From assembly GCF_006345805.1 (NCBI RefSeq), contig NC_043004.1, positions 20,088,001 through 20,152,000 on the forward strand: 64,000 bases of DNA. Reading direction: 5' to 3'. Each line of letters begins with the position of its first letter. Position 1 is the first letter of the stretch. The notes beneath the pieces are model-generated. The model saw nothing but the letters and a program-made list of their open reading frames with translations, made no database searches and was not told the DNA's origin. The position numbers were made by a program, and so were the translations under genes. The stretch comes from Octopus sinensis. Its lineage: Eukaryota. This document shows, piece by piece, positions 54,905 through 64,000 of this stretch.

Positions 54905-55105
54905 TTACGAAAGCTTACCAGGTGCGATCATGGTACTTTGACTGAGGATGGGTGCAAAGCGAGGCAAACTGAGAAAATCCTGGTTAGACAGCATCAAGAA
55001 CAGGACAGGTCGCAACACAGTAAACCTGCAATTCATGACAGAGAATAGAGACCAGTGGCGACGGATGAGTGAAATCGTCTAGCGTAGCACACCAACGACT
55101 GACTA
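54905..55105 (+). mobile_element. RTE-type LINE 3' end remnant
   Basis: GKLRKSWLDSIKNRTGRNTVNLQFMTENRDQWRRM resembles the RTE C-terminus GRP+KxWxDxIK..G....L...A.DR..WR. Confidence 0.65.
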
Positions 55106-55799
55106 TCAGTAAAGAGATCTTGATGCTGAATGATACGTCTTCTTATTCAGTTTCAATGATTTCTATTAAAATTATTTAATATACTTGTCTGTCGGTATAA
55201 AATAGGAATATATTTACAATATTCGTTAAGACTGTAATAAAAAATATTTCAGTACGATTCTGAGTATTTATATAACGTGTTGTGTCTCTAGTCAAACTTC
55301 ATACGATCAATGATCGAGTAGCAGGCAAACAATCAAAAGCATTTTATCCGCAAGCATCGTACAATTTGCGTAGTTCTCACTTGGTTGTGGACACCATCTT
55401 AGTAAGTATATCAATTTTATACAACCTGGTCTCATAAAAATCTGAGAAATATTTTCCATTTGAATGAAAAGAAGTTGCATATATACTAACCACTATCAAA
55501 TAAAGGTTGGTTTCCATGAATAGAAAAATATTTTTGTGGCTGAGTTTTGAGAGGAAAACCTTAATCGTGCAAATTTATATGATTCAAAGAATTCTAGCTG
55601 TGACAATCACCTCTTATAGAAGCATCTAGGATATTCTATAATGTGTGCGTTCTGCTTTTCAAGACAGTAATAACAATGTGTTGGAGGAACTTTCGTTGTT
55701 GTTTCTAAATGCTGGAGAGAAAGGTTCACTCAATCACTCTGTCTGTCTGCCTCTTTCTCTGTCTCTCTCCCTCATTTTCTCTCTTTCTCTGTCTGTCTG

Positions 55800-55846
<47 letters not shown>

Positions 55847-56468
55847 GTCTTCTAGTAATAGCTGTAGTCCTTACCTTCAGTTTTCACCTAATTTCTAGTA
55901 GAATATCACACTCAAGAGACTGAATACTGTAGATTACAGGATTTTATGAAAGTTCAGCGCAACTATTCCCTGAATCAACAGAAGTTGATAATTAATTAAT
56001 AATTTAATAAACGCGTTTCAATGCTGCATCTCCTCTGCTGATAAACAGGCTAACGGTTAATTATCGTAACTAAAGGTATCTCTAAATGGTTACTATGCTG
56101 TTTCTTCTCTTCTGGGAGTTAAAGTACATCAAGGAGTTTCCTCCAAGACATTTTACAACGGGGATCTATTAATATGATATATATTGCTAATAAGTATGCT
56201 AATTGTGTACACAAGAATTTTAATATGTCAAACTCATGCACATATACACATATGTCGGTGTGCATATAATTAGCTGCAGGTGAACTGGATTATCCCCTCG
56301 TGCTGGATGTTGTTGTCAGTCAAACGTACTAACCTTTAAATACGAGTAGATAACTTAGCTTATGAACACACTGTCGTAACAAACTCTAAAGTTTTCTGGC
56401 AAAAGTGTATATTGTGGATTACGCTTTTGCATGAAAAATACACACCTATACATATATATTCATATATA

Positions 56469-57727
56469 CTGGGTCATCCCATAAATAATGCGCTTTTTTC
56501 AATTGCATGAACTAAAAGTCGGAGGGGAAAGAGATAAACTACCTGCATCAACTTGCTATAAAAGCAGGTAGTAATTTTATCTTGTACGTATTATTCGTGA
56601 CCGTTTTGATGAGTGCAGTTCGATTTTAACAGTTATTTCTTCAAAGCTATAATGGAAGTGACAAAGGAGTATATTTGGCAGATTTTGCTTTATGACTTCA
56701 ACAAAGGCCACAACGCAACGAAAAGTGCGAGGAACATTAATGAAGTCTATGACGATCAGACAATAAGCGGAAGCCAGTGTCAACGGTAGTTCCAGAAATT
56801 CCGAGTCGGAAACTTCAACCTAGAAGATGAGCCTCATCCAGGAATATCTGTAGAGCGAGACGAGGACGTCCTGCAAACTCTGGCAGAATAAAATGCCATC
56901 GTAACTGTTGAGGAACTGCCAGAGAAACCTGGATTTGGCCATTCAACCGTTCATCAACACCTGCGTACCATCGGAAAAGTCAGCATGTTGGGTCAATAGA
57001 TTCCTCACAAACTTTCCGAGTCTAATTGCGTGCAGAGAGTGAACGTGTGCTCTTTTTGTTTTGTGCTGTCACGTCTCACGAATGAACGCTTTTTGGACTG
57101 AAAGGTAACTGGTGACAAGAAATGGGTTCTGTATAAGAATGTCAAGCGCCAAAGATAGTGAGTAGGGAAAGGAGAAACACTGGTACCCCAGGTTAATGCA
57201 GGTCTTCTCCCACGTAAGGTGTTCTTATCAGTTTGGTGGGATATGAAAGATTTAGTCCACTTCGAACTTGTAAACCCAAACCAAACGATAACAAAGGAGA
57301 TCTACTGCGAGTACCTTGAGCGGCTTAAGTCAGCGCTAGAAGGAAACTACCATCTTTGATTTCAAGACAGATGTTCTTCCATTACGATAATGCTCGGTCA
57401 CATACAACGAGGACGACATTCCAAAGGCCGGAGAAGTTTGAATAGGAAATGATGCTCCATCCACAATATTAGCCGGACATTTCCCCATCTGATTATCATT
57501 TATTCCGCAGTCTTCAATCATTTGGATGGAAAAAAATTGGATTCACTAGACAAGGTCAGAACAGTATTTTTCCTCACGGACAAGTGAGTTTTGGAAGAGG
57601 GACCTTGCAAGTCTAGATAGATGGAAAAGCATTGTAGAAAATGAAGAAGAGTATATTTTAGAGTAAAAAAGGAATGTTATCTTAATTTTGAGTATAAAAA
57701 GACCGCATTATTTATGGGATTACCCAA
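56469..57727 (+). mobile_element. Full-length (1259 bp) but decayed DD34D mariner with TIRs and TA TSD
   Basis: TA|CTGGGTCATCCCATAAATAATGCG ... CGCATTATTTATGGGATTACCCAA|TA. Pseudo-ORF 56652-57666: MEVTKEYIWQILLYDF..IPHKLS..VTGDKKW..YDNAR..PDISPSDYHLF..EEEYILE*, with many stops. Confidence 0.95.
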
Positions 57728-60700
57728 TACATTCAAACATATACACAAGCATGTAGGAGCGAACACACGCGTGCGCGCACTTATTTATATCTATAACCTC
57801 AGGAGCAATAATAGGCAACAAAGAACTCATATATCTCCTCCCTTATTTCAGGAAGGTATAAGAATGCTGGAATTCGATCGATCTGTGCTTTTGTTGTTGA
57901 TAGGCATAATATCATACTAGTTAGTAAAAGAAAAATGATACAATTTTCATGAGTTACCGCCTTTCCGTTTTATTGACGCAGTATCTAAAACTAAATTATT
58001 CTACATATCAATTTTCTGCATGTAATATCGACTTAGAGTAATAGGTCAAAGTTTCTATTATGGAATTAAGAATTCAGTTTTATAATTCCATGCCGTCATT
58101 TAAAAAGATCGTTGAGCATCACTAACAAGACTTCTAAAACTCTCTTGTATCTTTCTATACCAATGAATCTACTCCTACTCTAAATTTACGAATAATTAAA
58201 AAGTTGCTCATTGAAAACTTAAACCTTCTAATTGTTTCTTGTATCTTTTCCTCATAATCTATTCTAAATTTAAATGACTTCAATGACGATGACGATCAAA
58301 TACCTCATTACATCACTCAAATACGAATAAGATAAGAGAGCTGAATTAATTGATAACTCATTATTTATGGTTTTATGAATTATTTATTAATTTTGAAAAT
58401 TTGATAATCATTTGTAGGGCTTTTGCATGATATTACAAATTCTGTGCATTTTCCACTAAAGAAAGCCAACACAACGATTTCAATTCTGACTTGTATTCAT
58501 TTCACTACAATTATACCAACGATAGTCTGAAAGCAACGGTAATATTTCATGTGATGGAGAGTTTTCAAAATCTTGCCTCATGGGTTTCTGTATAGACACG
58601 ATTAGTCATACTTCTCTATAGGAAGGGAAAAACTCTTAAAGAAATTAAAGGTATTCCATTGGAAGATTATATATATGTAAAGCAGCATTTTACTCATTCA
58701 CAAGAGTTTGCAAATCACTTGAGAGTGTAAGTACAGAGCTTTATAATATTGGTTAGAAATTTTAGAGCAAGGCCAGATTTTTTTAGGAGATGGGCCTATG
58801 ACGATTGCATCAACCCTGGTGCTCAACATGTATTTATTTTATCAGCCTCAAAAGGATGAAAGGTAAAATCGACCCCTGCGGTATTTGAACCCAGAGGACA
58901 AAGACAAACGAAATGCCGCCAGGCAGATAGTTACGTAATATTGGTTTGTTGTATGCGTCTTATACAGAGTAAAGTATTCAATACAGTGCTATATAAATCA
59001 GACATATAACTATGCTGTATGTCAAGATTTTATACACATTCACACAAACACACACACACACACACGCACGCACATACACACACACACTCACACACACTAT
59101 GTAACAGAACGCGACAGAAAAAATCAGAGAGAAGCTGTAATAGGGAATGAGAGGCACACATGAAATAAGAGGTACATGGAGGTAAGGGAATTAGAGGTAA
59201 TTTTAGGTATAGTGATATATAGTTACATACACATCGAAAGGAGAAGAGAGCGAGGGTTTTACACAGGTAGTTTATTCAAATTTTTATGGTCCCCTCTATA
59301 CCATTTGCAGCTTAAAGTGTTCGAATAGCAATCACTATGAGCAAAGTACGTGTTAACGTCAACGCAGGTAGTTTTTAAACTCTTCATATAACAAGTATAA
59401 ACGTTAAAATGTTAAATATGCTGTTAGTTAAAGAGAGGAATGGAAAATTACTTTTTCCGCGTAAACAGAATATCCAATTTTCAAAATATCGAATTCGAAA
59501 ACTGTTTATAAATAAAAATACAGTGTATGCGACCATTTAGACGTTCTTCCTTTGCACGGTGTGAATATGTTAAGTGTTATAGTTAGGTTAATGTTGGTGC
59601 ATGCTTTTTGTGTGGTTGCATATGATTAAGTATATTTTACGGAGCTATTACTTCTACATCAAATTTGGTCTGTCATTTAACTGATACTTCTGAATATGAA
59701 GATCAGAGGCGAACACAACAATATTTCAATAATGTCTGTATGACAATATCAGTGAGTACAATTTTTTTTATATATATTTATATTTACTGCGTCACTACGT
59801 TAATACATAATTGATCTTTAAGCTAATAAAAACATACATTTTAGAAGTATTCCAAGGTCCATATATGTATCTGTCTACATACAGTTATTGGTAAATATAC
59901 AGAATGAAGAAAAAAATGAAACTAAAGAGCATATAAAACGACCGAAAATCCTCCAGTGATTTGCTAATATCTTTTTCAGTAATGTTCGTAGAGGAGTTTT
60001 ATTCTGATAGGAGAATCTTGTAAATTTCACCTCTATAAAAGTTCTACTTTTTCACACATTAATGAACCCATAGTGGAGTTCCATGTCAACCCAATATTCT
60101 GGCACTTTGGTTTGCAGTATCTGAATTTTTCTACAGTTTGATGGTGTAATTTAGCGTGCTAATTACGATACACGCATTCATTTTATAAGACGTAACAGGA
60201 AGAAAGTCAGACTCATTAAAATTTGAAATTTAGGCTAATTTAACTAATGGATAGCCTCTTATTCCAACATGTCGTAAGTCGCACTTGGCTGTTTCTTGCC
60301 TAACCAGTTCTTTCAGAGTTACACTTCTCTCTTCTACGTATTCCTGGGAAAAGAAACTGACTATTTTCCTTTTGTGAGGTGGAGGTGGGGTATTAACTAT
60401 GGCGCAATAGTTGATTATAAACAAATGCGTGCATAAGATAAGTGCGAAGAACCTACTGCCCAACAAGATAGATGATATTCGAAGAGTTTCTGAAATTGAC
60501 GGACCAATTTGCTCAAAACAAAAGTATAGTCAAGTAAGAGAGCTATCATTGGTTCATCAATTTCAGTAACTCTTCGAAGACCACACATCTTCAGGTGGCA
60601 GCGTGGAACGAAAATTGCGTTCTCATGCAAAAACTGTTTAAGAGCCTCGCATTACTTTGTTGTTTTTTCTATTCTCATATCGGAACTTAACCTTACATTT

Positions 60701-62294
60701 TTCATATCTAAAAGTTGTGTAACATTTTCATTATCCCCCGTTAAATTTTTTCATGCTGAATGAAGTTTCGTAATGTTTAAATTTTCTCCGATTAAATTTT
60801 TAATATTCATCCGAAAATCCCATTCTTCAAATTTTCGTTGCGCTTTCATTTTCTTATTGTCAACACACAGACATTGCAAAAGCTGGCATGTCGATAGTGA
60901 AGGCTTTATAATATTTGTATCCGAAATGAATGTGAGTTTGGTAATTTGTCTGCAGAAGAGCAATGCAGAATATTTGGGTGTAATCCGACACTGCAAACAT
61001 AAAGGCAAAGTTCAATATTTTTTAATCTGCTAATTAATTTGTGTGTGTGTGTGCGCGTGCGTGTGCGCAAGAATCAAGACACTTTTAGATACAGTGGTAT
61101 CTCGACTCAGGGTCAGGACAAAGAACCTACAGGGCAATCAGCTGCTAAGAACGCATGGTGTTGGATCAATACCATCAAGTCTTGCGGTTAAAAGAAGTAA
61201 CCAGTCAATCAGTCATGCTACTACCAAGATGTAGTCGCAGAAATGTGATAGTAAGTAGTTTACTTTCCAACTACATGGTTGTTAGCACAGACCTGCTTCG
61301 TCGTACTATTGCAGCAATTCTTTTGGATGATACAAAATATTTGCACTCTTTATATTTAAATTACCACCAGACCTTACACAAGAACAAACCATGAGCAACG
61401 CCAAGACAATTCACCTAATAGAAAAATTCGGCAGATATGTAAATAGGATCGTTTGGATTGAAGAAACCATGAGACACAAACAGTTGGTTACGAAAATATA
61501 CGATATTATCTGTAACACGTTTCCCCGGTCGTCTCCCATCTCCCCAACCCATTCGACCTGGTAATTGTAAATTTTCAGTCTGATAAAAATCTTTATGAAT
61601 AAAAAACCTTTATTGGCTTTCATAAATGTTTCTCCCTATCTTTCAGACATCTGTCGTATTATAAATCCTTCAATCCTTACAACTGCCATATTGGAAGTAA
61701 TTCCTCCAACTACAGATCCATTCCGATTTCGACAGACGCGTCAGAAAACAACTCAGTCTGACATATTTCTCTATATTTTGTAAATATATCTCCTAAGTTT
61801 CCATGTAAAAATAAAACCAGTTTATAAGAATTTTATTTTATTTTGTTTTCGACTTCGCGTGAGTTCATGAACATGGAAATGTTATTTCGATTTTGTAATA
61901 CAACTCTTGTACAAGATGCCGACAGCATTTTATTATTTCCAAAGGAATGATATCTGAGTACTTTTACTGTGTCATCTTCAGTTGACAAATCCAGACCACA
62001 AACTATGCATGAAGTGCAAGTATTATTTTCTAAATATGAATTTGTTTTGTTGCATGTCACTGTTTGTATATCAATATGAATTTTCCGGCAGAGAAATTAT
62101 TTTGTTGTAAACTATTGTACATAACTACGAAGAGATAAATCCTTAACCTGCAGACATAAAACAATAATATATAACTAGAACACGCGGATTAACTAGATTA
62201 AGAAAATTCCTATAAATAGAATGAGGTATATATCTGCGGGATTTCAGAGAGAAAAGGCATGTAGAATAGGAGGTCTACGCCTGAAATTGTCTGA

Positions 62295-63075
62295 GAAACT
62301 AGAGATGCTCTGGACTATGCATGCCTAAAAATGCCTTAACATGGCTTTGCTTTCCATGACTGAGCCTTACCGCCAATATGAGAGTATGTTTGACTAGAAA
62401 TAATACCAGTGAGTTCGCCACCTAGATATTTAAAGTAGGAAATGGTTTTCGTAAAAGAATTCTTGGCGACCAAATTTACTTGCTATTCAGCAATGTCATT
62501 GAGATAGAACAGGAACTGATTGTCCGATGCGAATGTTAGAAAAGGCTCTGATAATGTGCTGCAAACTGGTCCTAGGAAGGAGCAATATGATCACCAAAAA
62601 TGTCAATGTGACAAAAATCATTAGAAAGCATCTAGACATGCTAATCTGTGAGAAATGGTAATATAGATCAATAGACATAGTCACTTCGCATGGCCAAGTT
62701 ATTAAGTATTAAATCGAACATGTGAAAATCTCTACCCAGTCTGGTGCTTACGCTTGGTGCATCGAATACGCTACTTTGTAACCTAGGATCTCCAAAGCTC
62801 TACAACTACACAGGATTGACTATTAAATATATTATTATGTTTCATGTAAGAGAATTTAGAATCATGTTAGTGAAATGTACTGATGGTCGTTGATTCATAT
62901 GCAGAACAAATTTGAAGGCAACTTTGTCTACAATTTGAATTTCGGAAGTTTCCTTAAAATTCCTATCAGACTCAGTTTTGCCATAAACACCAAGAAACAG
63001 TGAAAAATTGTTGAACTAAGCCTGAGGATCTTGTCTCTTCATATGATCACCTTCTTGATAATACATCAAGATTTT
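62295..63075 (+). mobile_element. Decayed Helitron PIF1-like helicase C-terminal region
   Basis: Motifs in correct order: LTANMRV (62366), FAT*IFKVGNG, RSNMITKNVNVTKI, YRSIDIV, LTLGASNTLLCNLGSPKLYNYTGL (62747), IPIRLSFAINTKKQ (62959). These match LxxNMR / LLxIGxG / RAILxPxN / YxSxD / LKVGxPxMLLRNL..LCNGTRL / FPxRLAFAMTINKSQG. Confidence 0.8.
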
Positions 63076-64000
63076 GAAACTCTGATTTTCTCTTCATCAT
63101 ACCAGCACATAGCAAAATACCAAATTTTTATTTTTCGAGTCTTTGGAATGAACAATTAAGTGAATTGGGCCATTTCGTTGTAATTTCTACTTCAGTGACA
63201 ATATTCAGTGATGTTAATTCCTCACTCATATAGTTGGTAATGCGTACTTAAATCTTCACATGACTGCTAACTTATTGTTTTCCATAAATTTCCATGGATC
63301 ACCGGGATATTCCTCTAGTGTTTGTGTGCGTGCTGCATATGATGTAATTGTGTGTGTGCGTGTGTGGATGCATGTGTGTGAGTTTGCATGTATGCATGCA
63401 TGTGTGTGTGTACATGCATATATGTGTGTGCCTGAATTTATGTGTATGTGTGTTCGCACACAGACGCAGACAAACTCACATATATAACAGTTCTTCAACG
63501 TGTTCGAACTTGTTGGATTAATTAGATTCAATAACCTACATTTTTTGAAATCAACATTCTTCCCCATTGAACTGAATGTTACTGTGGGACAGTGTATTTA
63601 TCTAACGTGACATACCTCTGGATTTGCTTACATAAGCATATATACATTAGTGAAACTACACACAGTTTTCTAATCTTCTCGGAAAAGCTAAGCTGAATTT
63701 CCATGAAATCTATGCAACAGTGGCTAAGTTATTCAGTAATGTTACATAAGATGCTTTCATTTGAATTCATATCTTAAATCACCCAGACATATACCTATAT
63801 CTATTTATAGTAAATTTCTTAATCTAGTTAATCCGTTTGTTCTAGTTATATATGTCTGTAGCTTATGGAGTTAGCTCCTCGTAGTTGGTGTGCACTAGTT
63901 TACAGCAAAAAAATGTCTCTGCCTGATACAAACACGTAATTTCATATTGATATACACACAGTGACATGCAACAAAACAAATTCATATTTAGAAAATAGTA

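Noticed and set aside
59640-59760. Open + strand frame ending in TCA|GTGAGT as a possible NPR exon
   Set aside because: No good acceptor and no resemblance to ANF-receptor domain motifs.
62230-62250. Helicase GDFRQ motif just upstream of the Helitron remnant
   Set aside because: It reads LRDFRE and lies within the inverted-repeat arm, so it was excluded from the helicase call.

Overview
AT-rich, microsatellite-saturated animal genomic DNA. The SINE families and repeat landscape look like a coleoid cephalopod (Octopus-like); this is inference from recalled repeat consensi, not a search. Only one host exon is recognisable: the signal-peptide-bearing first coding exon of a natriuretic-peptide-receptor / receptor-guanylyl-cyclase-like gene (12843-13058, + strand, CAT|GTAAGT donor). 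I found no second exon, so the remaining ~51 kb is probably one very large intron. The rest is transposon-derived: tRNA-type SINEs, two degenerate DD34D mariners, a deleted Tc1/mariner, MITEs, LINE remnants (CR1/L2-like RT, restriction-like endonuclease, RTE 3' end), three Penelope-like GIY-YIG fragments, non-autonomous Helitrons including a head-to-tail dimer, and a Helitron helicase remnant. Most interesting: (1) a recurrent foldback family whose arms carry a type I hammerhead-like fold with a non-canonical G3:C8 core; (2) a full-length U6 snRNA fused to a SINE 3' end with a candidate target-site duplication; (3) a 2.5-kb inverted repeat of that foldback family enclosing an uninterrupted Penelope-type GIY-YIG domain. 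Most entries in the ORF track are microsatellite artefacts. All alignments were done by eye, so boundaries are approximate unless stated as exact.
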